A DNA stretch of 64,000 nucleotides from Holophagales bacterium (lineage in GTDB: Bacteria > Acidobacteriota > Thermoanaerobaculia > Multivoradales > Multivoraceae). The notes under the pieces are model-generated. The model made no database searches, was not told the origin of the DNA, and saw only the letters and a program-made list of their open reading frames with translations. Where the stretch lies: contig VXZQ01000004.1 in the NCBI GenBank assembly GCA_009845425.1, positions 140,585 through 204,584 of the forward strand, in the 5' to 3' direction. A program made the translations under genes and the position numbers. Below, piece after piece: positions 45,992-55,697 of this stretch; within the stretch, counting starts at the first letter, position 1; the number at the start of each line of letters is the position of its first letter.

Positions 45992-48900
45992 CGGTCGGTA
46001 CCGGACGTCGAAGCGCGATGGAAGCCCCGTTGAACGGCGATCTGCTCATCGAAGCGAGCGCAGGCACAGGCAAGACCTATGCGTTGACCACGCTGGTCGC
46101 CCGCCTAATCGTCGAGGCGGAGCGATCCATCGACGAGCTCCTGGTCGTCACCTTCACGATCTCGGCCGCCGGCGAATTACGGGACAGAGTCCGGAAGACT
46201 CTGCACGAGGCGCGAAGAGCTCTCGCCGACCCTCGCGCAGACGCCTCCACTCAAGCCCGCGAGCTGACGGAAAACTGGCGTGGCGCCAGCATCCGGCGCA
46301 CCGACGCAACCGGAAGGCTGACGAGCGCCCTGCGCGACTTCGACCAGGCGAACATCACCACGATCCACGGCTTCTGCCAGCGGGCGTTGATCGAGTTCGC
46401 GCTCCCCGCGGGCATTCCTTTTCGCTTTAGGGTCACCGGCGACGACGCTCTGGGGGTCGCGGCGGCGACTCGCGACTTCTGGCGTCACGGCATGGCGTCC
46501 GTCGAGATGCAACTGCTCGACTACGCCAAGTCGCGGCGCTTCGCCGCCGAGAAGGCGCTCCCGTGGGACGAGAGCGCAACCCAATGGGCCACGAAGCACT
46601 ACGCCAAGCGGAGCGACATCCGAGGGGCCCCTGAACCCGCGAATCGCGACGAAGAGTTGCAGTCGCGACGGGATCGGTGGCTTGCCGAATGCAGGAGCGC
46701 GCAGGCTTTCTGGGGTGACCCGCGGGAACGCGACGCGTTCATCGACGTCGTCCGGCCCGTGAGCGAAGGCCATGCGTCGAAGCACCAGTGGAAGAGCGGC
46801 AAACGGAACGACGCGCAAGCCACGGCGGTCGTCGACGCCTTCGAGGCCGGCGCCCTAAGCGATCTGCCACCGCACTACGCCGGCTCTTTCGGCCGCGAAG
46901 CCCTTGTCGACAGGCTCTACAAGCGGACCCCGCCGCCGGCGACTTCGCTGTTCGACCGTCTCGATCGTCTGGATGAGACCGGCAACGAGTACGGACGCCA
47001 CTGGCTCGCGGACCGGCAACGCAGCCTGCTAGAGAGCGTCCGCGAAACCGTGCACGAGAACGCCTGGGCCCGCCGGCATCTCAGCTTCACCGACCTCCTG
47101 ACCGAGCTGCACCTGGTGCTTCGCGGCGGCTCCGGCGCGCTCCTAGCCGAACGGATCCGCACCCGCTACCCGGTTGCGCTGATTGACGAGTTTCAGGACA
47201 CGGACCGCCTACAGGCGGACATCTTCGAGAAGATCTACCCCAGCGACGACGCCTCGGCAGGAAACCTGTTCGTCGTCGGCGACCCCAAACAGTCCATCTA
47301 CCGTTTCCGCGGCGCTGATGTCTTCGCCTACCTCGACGCCAGGAAGCGTCTGGCCGCCAACCACAAGGAGTTAAAGCTCGATCGGAACTATCGCTCGACT
47401 CCGAAGCTCGTGCGAGCCGTGAACGCCCTGTTCGGAAGGCCCTTTCCGTTCGTCATCAAGGAGTTCACCTTCGAAGCGACCGAGGCGGCCGATCGCGAGC
47501 GCCCCCATCTTGTCCTGCACGGCAATGACCACGATTCCCGACCGTTCCAGATCGAGGCCTACCGCAGACAGGACGGCAAGAAGTGGAACAAGGGACAGCT
47601 TCTCCCCGCGGTAGCCGAGCACACGGCCGATCGAATCGCACGCCTACTCGGCGGGGCGTCTGCTTCACCCGACGGAAACTGTACGGTTGCCGAGATCGTC
47701 TCGAAAGATGGCGCGCAGCCCGTCTCCGAGGGCGACATTGCGGTGCTCGTCCGCACCGGCGAGCAGGGGAAGGGCGTGGCCGAGGCCCTGCGCCAACGCG
47801 GCATCGAGAGCATCGAGATGGGTACCGACAAGGTCTTCGATTCCGACGAAGCGGCTTCCCTCTACCGCCTCCTGTACGCCCTGTGCCTGACCGAATCGGA
47901 GTACAACGCCACCCCGCTGCTGCGAGGCGCGCTGGCGGCCGACCTGTTCGGACTGAACCTAGAGCAGCTCGCCCGACTCCGCGACGACGATGACTTCTGG
48001 ACCGGGTGGCGCCAGAGGGCGTGCGGCCCGGACGGCTGGGCCGAGGTCTGGAGAAAGCGGGGCATCGCGGCTCTGATCCGGCACATCCTCTTCGCCCGGG
48101 AGTCGGACTGCGCTTCTAACCTCCTTCGTTACCCGAACGGGCCGCGCCGGCTGACGAACTACCTACACCTCGCCGATCTTCTCCACGAGGCCGAAACCCG
48201 CCACCGGCCCTCGCGGCATGGCCTCGTCGACTGGTTCCGGCGCTCGCGGGCCGAGCCCAGCGAGGCAGACGAAACGGCGCAGCTTCGCTTGGAGAGCGAC
48301 GAGAGCCTGATCAAGATCGTGACCGTCCATCGAGCGAAGGGACTGGAGTTCGGAATCGTCTTCTACCCTTTCGCCTGGCACAGGCGCCCACTGAAGCGTC
48401 CCGAGGTCGCCGAGTACTTCGACGCCGCCGACCAGACGCCTGTTCTCGATCTGCGCCCATCGAACGAGGCCTGCGATCGCCAGCGCCTCGAGGAACACGC
48501 GGATGAACTGCGCCTTCTGTACGTGGCAGTGACCAGGGCGAAGCACCGCTGCGTCGTGGGTTGGGCACAGGCGAACGACGCTCAGCACGCACCGCTGGCC
48601 TGGCTCCTCCACCGGAACGGAAACAGCGACGGCCAGAACGAAATCGACGCCCTGAACGAGAACGCCGCCAGGGTTGCCAAACTCGACAGCGACGCTTGGT
48701 TGGCCGATGTCCGTCGGTTCGCGAGCCAGGCGCCGGACGCCGTCGCGGTCAGCACGTTTGATCTGGCCCCGCCCGAGGCCGCGGCGTCGCCGCTCCGCCC
48801 CGCAGGCGAGGACGACGGTGAAACCTCCGGAGCACAAGAACTCGGCCGCCGACTGGCTTCCATTCGCCAACGGACCAGCTACTCCGCCCTCGCCAGCGAC

Positions 48901-49749
48901 GCTGGCGCCGCCAGGTCCGAGACGGAACATGAGCAGACCGACCGGCCCGACCACGACCCGGACGAACCGGACGCTTCCGACGAGAAAGCCGCGACCGCGG
49001 CGCGGCGAACCCGGCAGGAGGACGAAGAGGACGAACTCACCGTCTTCGCCTTCCCAAGCGGCAGCCGCACTGGTAGGTGCTTGCACGAGATCTTCGAGAA
49101 GCGAATGCAACCCGCCCGGGACCTCGATTCGATCTGCCGGGATGCGCTGGAGCGGCATGGCATCGAACCGAAGTGGGAGCCGGTGGCCCGGACCCTGGTC
49201 CAAGACGCTTTCGAGACGCCGCTGACTCGGCCCGGCGAGGCGGGAAACGTCTTTCGGATCGCCGACCTGCAAAGGCCCATCCCCGAGCTGGAGTTCCATC
49301 TGCCCGTCCAGGGGCTCAGACGGACCGAACTCGCCGCATGCCTGTGCGAGCACGGCTACGACCACTCGTTGCCTGACAACCGGTCGGCCATCGACGGCTT
49401 CCTGCACGGCTTCATCGATCTGGTGGCACGGCACGACGGCCGCTGGTACGTCATCGACTACAAGTCGAACTGGCTCGGTCCGGACCTGGCCTCGTACTCG
49501 CAGGAGGCGATCGCGGAATCGATGCGCCACCACGGCTACCACCTCCAGTACCTGCTGTACCTGACCGCCCTGCACCGCCTGCTGGCGCTGCGGCTCTCCA
49601 ACTACGACTACGACCGCCACGTCGGCGGCGCCTTCTACCTGTTCCTGCGCGGCATGAGGCCGAACGCGCCCGGCAGCGGCGTCTTCCACGACCGTCCGTC
49701 CCGCGCCTGTATCGAAGCCATCGACACCCGCTTCGGCGAAGCGCCATGA
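45988..49749 (+). CDS. recB: Exodeoxyribonuclease V beta subunit RecB (UvrD-like helicase plus PD-(D/E)xK nuclease).
   Basis: LIEASAGTGKTYAL (Walker A), ALIDEFQDTD, and the C-terminal nuclease block GFIDLVARHDGRWYVIDYKSN. The ATG at 45988 overlaps the recC TGA. Confidence 0.9.
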   Translation: MTVGTGRRSAMEAPLNGDLLIEASAGTGKTYALTTLVARLIVEAERSIDELLVVTFTISAAGELRDRVRKTLHEARRALADPRADASTQARELTENWRGASIRRTDATGRLTSALRDFDQANITTIHGFCQRALIEFALPAGIPFRFRVTGDDALGVAAATRDFWRHGMASVEMQLLDYAKSRRFAAEKALPWDESATQWATKHYAKRSDIRGAPEPANRDEELQSRRDRWLAECRSAQAFWGDPRERDAFIDVVRPVSEGHASKHQWKSGKRNDAQATAVVDAFEAGALSDLPPHYAGSFGREALVDRLYKRTPPPATSLFDRLDRLDETGNEYGRHWLADRQRSLLESVRETVHENAWARRHLSFTDLLTELHLVLRGGSGALLAERIRTRYPVALIDEFQDTDRLQADIFEKIYPSDDASAGNLFVVGDPKQSIYRFRGADVFAYLDARKRLAANHKELKLDRNYRSTPKLVRAVNALFGRPFPFVIKEFTFEATEAADRERPHLVLHGNDHDSRPFQIEAYRRQDGKKWNKGQLLPAVAEHTADRIARLLGGASASPDGNCTVAEIVSKDGAQPVSEGDIAVLVRTGEQGKGVAEALRQRGIESIEMGTDKVFDSDEAASLYRLLYALCLTESEYNATPLLRGALAADLFGLNLEQLARLRDDDDFWTGWRQRACGPDGWAEVWRKRGIAALIRHILFARESDCASNLLRYPNGPRRLTNYLHLADLLHEAETRHRPSRHGLVDWFRRSRAEPSEADETAQLRLESDESLIKIVTVHRAKGLEFGIVFYPFAWHRRPLKRPEVAEYFDAADQTPVLDLRPSNEACDRQRLEEHADELRLLYVAVTRAKHRCVVGWAQANDAQHAPLAWLLHRNGNSDGQNEIDALNENAARVAKLDSDAWLADVRRFASQAPDAVAVSTFDLAPPEAAASPLRPAGEDDGETSGAQELGRRLASIRQRTSYSALASDAGAARSETEHEQTDRPDHDPDEPDASDEKAATAARRTRQEDEEDELTVFAFPSGSRTGRCLHEIFEKRMQPARDLDSICRDALERHGIEPKWEPVARTLVQDAFETPLTRPGEAGNVFRIADLQRPIPELEFHLPVQGLRRTELAACLCEHGYDHSLPDNRSAIDGFLHGFIDLVARHDGRWYVIDYKSNWLGPDLASYSQEAIAESMRHHGYHLQYLLYLTALHRLLALRLSNYDYDRHVGGAFYLFLRGMRPNAPGSGVFHDRPSRACIEAIDTRFGEAP

Positions 49750-51506
49750 GCCGCCACGCCCAGATCGACGCGCTGACCGAAGCCGGCCTTCTCGCCGACA
49801 TCGACCGCTACTTCGCCCGGCTGACGATGGACCTCGGCGCCTGCGATGACGTGGCGCTAGCAGCTGCCACGACGAGCGCGCTTCACCGGAACGGCCACGC
49901 CTGCCTCGATCTCGGAAACGCAGGCAAGCCTGTCGCCGCGCTCGTGGAACGACCCGATTCCGCCCGCCCGGAGGACACGCTGGCGGACGAACTGCAGGCG
50001 GTCGCGCTACCCGGAAAGGCCGCCCTGCTCGAAGCTCTGGCTCGAAGCCCCGTCGTGGCTGCCGACTCCGGAGCAGCGATCGAACAGCCCCTCGTGCTGG
50101 ACCGCGACCGCCTCTACCTGCACCGCCTGTTCCAAGCCGAGCGCGAGCTGGCGGCGCGCCTGCTCGCCTTGGCCGCGGACCGGGACCACACGACCCAGGG
50201 CGAGTCCACCATCGCGCGAGTCTTCGACGAGGGAGAGGACCGAACCCCCGAGGCGGTCGCCGCACTGCGCATCGCCCTGGAGCGACGCCTGTGCATCGTC
50301 ACCGGCGGCCCCGGCACCGGCAAGACGACGCTCGCCGCCAAGCTGATCGCCGCGCTGGTCGACGCCGACCTGGCCCACCCACGCCGGATCGGGCTCGCGG
50401 CGCCGACCGGGAAGGCGGCGTCGCGCATCCAGGAATCGGTTCGCGGGAAGCTGAGCGCAAGTCTCCTCAACCGGATACCGGGGCTTCACGACTTCCCGGC
50501 CGAGGCTTGGACCATTCATCGCCTGCTGGCAAGCCGCACCAGCCGAATGGATCGCCTCGACGCCCTGGTCGTCGACGAGTGCTCGATGGCCGACCTGCAC
50601 GTGATGGTCCGCCTCGCAAGCGCCCTGCCGGAAGGTTGCCGGCTGATTCTCCTCGGCGACGCGAACCAGTTGGCCTCGGTCGAGCCAGGCTCCGTCTTCA
50701 GCGATCTCTGCAAGGCGGGCGACCGGGGCTCGCTGGCGCACTGCGTGACGATCTTGACGAGGAACTACCGCTTCGATGAGCGTTCCGGCATCGGCCGACT
50801 CGCCGCCGCCGTGGTCGCCGGCGACCCCGAGGCGGCCGCGCGCGTCCTGCTTGACGGCGGCAACGCCAGGATCCGGCTCGAACCGCTGGAGAACGAGGCC
50901 GCCTTCGACGCGTTCGCTCACGACTGCGCCCGGGAGTGGTCCGACCACATGGCGAAGCTGGCCGCAGACCCGCTTAGCGCCGCTCCGTTCCCGGCCCGGC
51001 GGGTCCTGTGCAGCCATCGGCGCGGCCCCTTCGGCACCGACCGTTTCAACCGCCTGGTCGAGCGCCGCCTCGCCGAAGCCGGGCGCCGGACCGAGGACGA
51101 CGAGTTCTACGTCGGGCGACCGATCATCGTGAACCGCAACGACCCGCAGACCGACCTCACGAACGGAGCTACGGGCGTCGTCGTTCCCGGCGACTCGGAC
51201 CACCCGCGGGTCTGGTTCCCTGACCTCGACCACGCCGGCGAACGCTTCCTGGTCTCGCCCTCCCGCCTGCCGCAGCATGAGAGTTTCTTCGCCCTCACCG
51301 TGCATCGGTCACAGGGCTCCGAATACGACGACGTCGTGTTCGTCCCGGGCCAGGCGGACTCGCGCGTCAACACGAAGGAACTGCTGTACACGGCGGTGAC
51401 CCGGGCGCGACGCAAGGTCACCGTCCTGGCGACCGCGCAATCCGTCCGCGCCGCCGTCATGCGGACGACGTCGCGGTCGACCGGCCTCCTCGACCGGCTC
51501 CGCTAG
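49746..51506 (+). CDS. recD: Exodeoxyribonuclease V alpha subunit RecD.
   Basis: CIVTGGPGTGKTT (Walker A), LVVDECSMAD, and the C-terminal ALTVHRSQGSEY. The ATGA overlaps recB. Confidence 0.9.
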   Translation: MSRHAQIDALTEAGLLADIDRYFARLTMDLGACDDVALAAATTSALHRNGHACLDLGNAGKPVAALVERPDSARPEDTLADELQAVALPGKAALLEALARSPVVAADSGAAIEQPLVLDRDRLYLHRLFQAERELAARLLALAADRDHTTQGESTIARVFDEGEDRTPEAVAALRIALERRLCIVTGGPGTGKTTLAAKLIAALVDADLAHPRRIGLAAPTGKAASRIQESVRGKLSASLLNRIPGLHDFPAEAWTIHRLLASRTSRMDRLDALVVDECSMADLHVMVRLASALPEGCRLILLGDANQLASVEPGSVFSDLCKAGDRGSLAHCVTILTRNYRFDERSGIGRLAAAVVAGDPEAAARVLLDGGNARIRLEPLENEAAFDAFAHDCAREWSDHMAKLAADPLSAAPFPARRVLCSHRRGPFGTDRFNRLVERRLAEAGRRTEDDEFYVGRPIIVNRNDPQTDLTNGATGVVVPGDSDHPRVWFPDLDHAGERFLVSPSRLPQHESFFALTVHRSQGSEYDDVVFVPGQADSRVNTKELLYTAVTRARRKVTVLATAQSVRAAVMRTTSRSTGLLDRLR

Positions 51507-51591
51507 ACAGCGGCGCCGGTCGGGCAGAAGCCGCCTGCGGCGGATGCCGGCCGGAAGGCCGGCGCACCCAGGGGGACCGGCTCCGCTAGAC
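51492..51591 (+). repeat. REP-like repeat, copy 4 (core 51543-51572), bracketed by a perfect 17-nt direct repeat that includes the recD stop codon.
   Basis: gaccggctccgctagac occurs at 51492-51508 and again at 51575-51591. The 66 nt in between contain gatgccggccggaaggccggcgcacccagg. Confidence 0.75.
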
Positions 51592-51596
51592 GACGA

Positions 51597-51628
51597 AACC
51601 CCGCCGCGGCCGAAGCCGGGGCGGGGTT
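51597..51628. terminator. GC-rich hairpin between convergent genes (candidate bidirectional terminator).
   Basis: aaccccgccgcggc-cgaa-gccggggcggggtt forms a 13-bp stem with one mismatch and a CGAA loop. It has no U-tract, so assigning it as an intrinsic terminator is tentative. Confidence 0.45.
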
Positions 51629-51659
51629 GTCGATTCCACGAAGCGACTGGCGACAGCAG

Positions 51660-53072
51660 CTACTCGCCGCCGCTGACCGTGCCTTCGCCGGCGTCGCTAT
51701 CCGCGCCCTGACGCTGCTGCCGGCGGTAGCGCCGGAAGATGTCGCCCTGCTCCTCTTCGCTGAGCGAGTCCCAGTCGACTCCGAAACGCTCCTTGATGGT
51801 CTTCCTGAACTCCTCGCGGTTGAACCGCTGCTGACTCAGGAAGCCCGTGTTCGACGGGTTGTACCCGGGCTCGGCGTCGGCGTAAGAGACGAAGCCGAAC
51901 ATCATCTCGGCGGTCGTCGGGCCGCCGTAGACGACGGTCGCGGTCGGATCGGGATTCGACGGGTTGTCCGCCGAGTTGTCCCACGCCATCGTCAGCTCGA
52001 TCTCGGTGCCGGCCGGGATCTTCTTGCCGCCCGCCGGATACTTGTAGTGCGTCTGCCAGTTGAAGTCGTACCGCGGCACATCGAGCAGAACCTCTTCGGT
52101 GCCGTCCGGGTACTTCGCCAGGTAGTGGGCCGACTTGCCCCGCAGGTGCATGTGCGGCGTGTAGCCGAGCAGCAGCGCGTCGCGCTCGAACTTCGCCGTC
52201 GTCGTAGCGACGTAGTTCGAGTCGCCGGGCGGGATCTCGAAGTCGAACTTGCCCATCGACTTGCTCTGCATCACGTGGTCCGGCTTGTAGTCCTTCGGAT
52301 AGAAGCGAAGGGCCACCGAGGAACGATCCCAGGTGCCGGTGCCCGGCCCCGGCTCCTTGTGGTAGTGCATGTTCCAGCGGATCGTCGTGCCCGGCTTGAC
52401 CAGGGTGCCGAAGCCGTCGTGGTGGACCGTCGGGTCGTTGCCCGGGGCGATGCCGCCGAAGGGACGCGCAATGATGTGGTGTACCACCGGGCCGCCCGGA
52501 CGGAACTCGACCGCCTTGATCCAGCGCGGCTCGGGCAGCATCTCCTCCGTGATCACGGTCTCGAAGTTGACGTACTGGTCGCGGACGTCGTCCTCGACGA
52601 AGAAGTCCTGGCCCATGTCCATGACCAGATCCGGCTCGCCGATCGTCCAGCCGTCGCTGCGTTCCCACACCTTGGCAGGCGGCGCATCGGCCGCGTTGCC
52701 CATCGGCGCCCCGCCCTTGGCCCAGGCGATCAGCGTGGCCTTGTGCTCGTCCGACAGCGAGCGCTCGTTCTCGAACACGCCGTGGTGTCGCGGCGCGGCA
52801 TGCCACGGGGGCATCAGGCCGGCTTCCACCTGGCGGGCGATCGAGCGCGCCCAGGGCCGCGTCTCCTGGTAGCTGGTGAACGCCATCGGCGCCACCATGC
52901 CGCCCAGGTTCGCGCCGTTCGGGCGGTGACAGACCTGGCACTCCTGCTCCAGGATGTTCTGCACCTCGCCGTAGTAGGTCGGCGTGGCTGTCGGAGCGTC
53001 GTTGTTGTTGTTCGCCGCCGCGAGCGGAGCGGCGAGCGCGAGGATCGTCAGCACAGCGAGCGCCTGCTTCAT
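51660..53072 (-). CDS. Secreted cytochrome c domain fused to a copper type II ascorbate-dependent-monooxygenase-like (PHM/DBH-like) domain.
   Basis: The ATG at 53070-53072 is preceded by GAGGAG. Signal peptide MKQALAVLTILALAAPLAAA, heme motif CQVCH, and His/Met patterns VVHHII, NMHYH, HMHLRG, YDFNWQ and TAEMMFGF, which are reminiscent of CuH/CuM sites. Confidence 0.65.
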   Translation of the reverse strand: MKQALAVLTILALAAPLAAANNNNDAPTATPTYYGEVQNILEQECQVCHRPNGANLGGMVAPMAFTSYQETRPWARSIARQVEAGLMPPWHAAPRHHGVFENERSLSDEHKATLIAWAKGGAPMGNAADAPPAKVWERSDGWTIGEPDLVMDMGQDFFVEDDVRDQYVNFETVITEEMLPEPRWIKAVEFRPGGPVVHHIIARPFGGIAPGNDPTVHHDGFGTLVKPGTTIRWNMHYHKEPGPGTGTWDRSSVALRFYPKDYKPDHVMQSKSMGKFDFEIPPGDSNYVATTTAKFERDALLLGYTPHMHLRGKSAHYLAKYPDGTEEVLLDVPRYDFNWQTHYKYPAGGKKIPAGTEIELTMAWDNSADNPSNPDPTATVVYGGPTTAEMMFGFVSYADAEPGYNPSNTGFLSQQRFNREEFRKTIKERFGVDWDSLSEEEQGDIFRRYRRQQRQGADSDAGEGTVSGGE

Positions 53073-53176
53073 GGATCGGATCTCCTCGGGTCGGGTTCGG
53101 TTGGGTGCTAGTTGCAACACCGTACCACATGAGGCCGGTCGCAACTTTGCCTGAGACCCGAGCGCTCCCGCGAAGA

Positions 53177-54415
53177 TCAGGGCACCCGCCTACGCCGCCG
53201 AAAGCGGTCTTCACGGTGCTCCTCGTTCACCAGGATGAGGCGAAGCGCTTCGACCGCGTTCCATACGTCCATGTAGCGCACGTACAGCGGCGCCAGACCG
53301 AACCGCATCAGGTCCGGGCCGCGGAAGTCGCCGACCACGCCCCGGGCGTTCAACGCCTGGACCAGCGCGTCGCCCTCCGGGTGGCACAGTGAAACCTGGG
53401 CGCCTCGTTGGCCGGCGTCGGCGGGACTCGCCGGAGTGACGTCGAACTCCGCGAGACGCTCGGCGGCGAGCCGGAGGAAGAGGTCGCCCAGCGTCTCGCT
53501 CTTGCCTCGCAACTCGGCCATCTCCACGTCCTCGAAGGTCCGCAAGCCGTCCTCCAGAGCCGCGAGCGACAGGATGGGAGGGGTTCCGGTCAGGAATCGG
53601 CGCGTTCCCGGCGCGGGCCGGTACCGCGTGTCGAAGTCGAACGGACTGGCATGCCCCATCCAGCCGGTGAGGGGCGACTCGAGGGAGTCCTGAAACTCGC
53701 GCGCAACGTAGAGGAACCCTGGCGCGCCCGGACCGCCGCTCAGGTACTTGTAGCCGCAGCCGACCGCGTACTCGACGCCAGCGTCGTTGAGCCGCATGGC
53801 GACGGCGCCCACGCTGTGGCTGAGGTCCCAGACCAGCGGTACGCCGTTCGCGCGCGCCACGGCGGTCAGCGCCCGCAGGTCGCGTCGCCGCCCGGTGCGA
53901 AAGTCCACGTGCGAAACGGTCGCCACGGCCACGTCGGATCCCAGGGCCGACTCGAAGTCGTCGGGCGCCGTCAGGCGAAGCGTCGCCCCGGATCCCTCCA
54001 GAAGGCGCGCAAGGCCCTGCGCCATGTAGAGATCAGTCGGGAAGTTGCCCTTGTCGGCAAGCACGACCCCGCGGCCCCGCGCCTTCTGCATCAGCGCCCC
54101 GAGCAGCTTGAACAGGTTGAGCGAGACGGAATCGGCCGCGATCACCTCGTCCGCACCGGCGCCGACCAGTGGCGCGATGCGCGCCCCGATGCGTTCGGGC
54201 AACTCCAACCAGTCGCTCCGGTTCCAGGCCGCGACCAGATCCGTTCCCCACTCCCGGCCGATCAGCGCCTCGGCGCGGTCCCGCATCGTCCGTGGCGGAG
54301 GTCCAAGGGAGTGTCCGCCGAGGTAGATCAGCCCTTCCGGAAGATCGAACCGATCACGAAAGCGCGCCAGCGGATCGCGGCGGTCCATCTCCGCCGGGTC
54401 GCGCTTGGGGTCCAT
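53177..54415 (-). CDS. kynU: Kynureninase.
   Basis: RFRDRFDLPEGLIYLGGHSLGPPP...SVSLNLFKLL...DFRTG...WDLSHSVGAV...GCGYKYLSGGPGAPGFLYV are PLP fold-type I kynureninase blocks. Confidence 0.85.
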   Translation of the reverse strand: MDPKRDPAEMDRRDPLARFRDRFDLPEGLIYLGGHSLGPPPRTMRDRAEALIGREWGTDLVAAWNRSDWLELPERIGARIAPLVGAGADEVIAADSVSLNLFKLLGALMQKARGRGVVLADKGNFPTDLYMAQGLARLLEGSGATLRLTAPDDFESALGSDVAVATVSHVDFRTGRRRDLRALTAVARANGVPLVWDLSHSVGAVAMRLNDAGVEYAVGCGYKYLSGGPGAPGFLYVAREFQDSLESPLTGWMGHASPFDFDTRYRPAPGTRRFLTGTPPILSLAALEDGLRTFEDVEMAELRGKSETLGDLFLRLAAERLAEFDVTPASPADAGQRGAQVSLCHPEGDALVQALNARGVVGDFRGPDLMRFGLAPLYVRYMDVWNAVEALRLILVNEEHREDRFRRRRRVP

Positions 54416-54493
54416 CGGTGGAAGTATAGGGAGGCGACAGAAGCCGGGGCACTTCTACTCGGTCGTCGGGCAGACTATTCTCCCAAGTGAGAG

Positions 54494-55696
54494 ATGAACG
54501 CGCCTTTCGAGCAACAGGCCTTCGACATCCCCGCCTGCTACGTCGACGGCTACAACGCGGCCCGGGCGCTGGAACCCGCCCTGGCGGAGCGCTACATCCG
54601 CTACACGACCCTGGGCGATCCGCTGGCCGACCGTGCGGTCGAACAACTGGCGGCGATCGTGGAGCCGCACCACGTTCACCGCACGATCGCCCAGACGGTC
54701 GACCACTACCACGATCCGCCGAAGGACACTCCCGAAGCTCTCCGGGAACTCATCGAGTCATCGGCCGTCGTCCCCGACTGGTTCGACCCCGAGATCGCCA
54801 TGAAAGCCACGAGGGCCTTCCTCCGCAACTCGGACATGGTCCTCGGAGGACTCGTGGGCGGCGCCATCGTCGAGGGCTTCTCCACCCTGATCAGCAAGTC
54901 GTTCCGCATCCGCAGCCGGATCATCCTGAACGGCGTCCGTCGGCTCAAGCAGAACACCCTGCAGTTGACGGAGCAGTTCATGCCGGGCGGTCTGGAGCCC
55001 GGCGGCGACGCCTGGAAGCTGAGCCTGCGTATCCGCCTGGTGCATGCCCAGGCGAGGATGCTGCTCAGGCAGTCGGACGAATGGGACGCGCCGGAGCACG
55101 GCATGCCGCTCAGCGCGGCGCACATGCTGCTGGGCGCGGCCGCCTTCTCAGGCCGTCTGATGCACCACGTCGCGCGCCTGGGAGGTGACTTCAGCCGGGA
55201 GGAGAAGGATGCCTACGTCCACGTGTGGAGATACACGGGCCTCGTGATGGGGATACCCGAGGGGATCATGTTCCATGATCATGCTTCGGCGTGCCGCATC
55301 TTCGAGATCGCGGCGACCTGCGAGCCGCCCCCGGACGACGACGCCATCATCATGGCGAACAGCATCGTCAACAGCGCGCCCATCCTGCTCGGATTCACGG
55401 AGACGCAGGAACGCCGCGAGATGGCGGCGTTCATCTACCAGGTGTCGCGGGAACTGATCGGCAACGACCTGGCCAATTCCTTCAGATTCCCCAAGTCGCG
55501 GTTCATCAAGCAGGTACCCCTGCTGTTCCTGAGGAACAGAGCGGAGAAGGCGGCCCTGAAACTGCTCCCCCGGCTGTTCGCGAACCGGTCGATAAAGCGG
55601 TTCGACGCGCTGCTGGACGCCTCGGATCTCGGCGAGATCGAGCACTCGTACGCGCTGCCGACCACCCTTCACGACGAGGATTCCCGCGACTGGTAG
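54494..55696 (+). CDS. DUF2236 / MpaB-family oxygenase-like protein.
   Basis: LRIRLVHAQARMLL matches the conserved RxVHxxVR-type motif, and the overall length and layout fit my memory of the family. Confidence 0.6.
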   Translation: MNAPFEQQAFDIPACYVDGYNAARALEPALAERYIRYTTLGDPLADRAVEQLAAIVEPHHVHRTIAQTVDHYHDPPKDTPEALRELIESSAVVPDWFDPEIAMKATRAFLRNSDMVLGGLVGGAIVEGFSTLISKSFRIRSRIILNGVRRLKQNTLQLTEQFMPGGLEPGGDAWKLSLRIRLVHAQARMLLRQSDEWDAPEHGMPLSAAHMLLGAAAFSGRLMHHVARLGGDFSREEKDAYVHVWRYTGLVMGIPEGIMFHDHASACRIFEIAATCEPPPDDDAIIMANSIVNSAPILLGFTETQERREMAAFIYQVSRELIGNDLANSFRFPKSRFIKQVPLLFLRNRAEKAALKLLPRLFANRSIKRFDALLDASDLGEIEHSYALPTTLHDEDSRDW

Positions 55697-55697
55697 C

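Noticed and set aside
48163-50265. A 700-aa minus-strand ORF, together with many other long antisense ORFs such as 1924..3852, 8816..10750, 29426-region 28784..29971, 30871..31917, 51627..53111, 56750..58237 and 59575..61137.
   Set aside because: All lie opposite genes with strong family signatures and have Arg/Pro/Gly/Ala-dominated low-information sequences. These are an expected artefact of stop-codon scarcity in high-GC DNA.
53001-53020. A GTT-repeat run encoding Asn-Asn-Asn-Asn after the signal peptide of the cytochrome c/PHM-like protein.
   Set aside because: It is a short low-complexity linker, only four codons long, and not a microsatellite or phase-variation tract of meaningful length.
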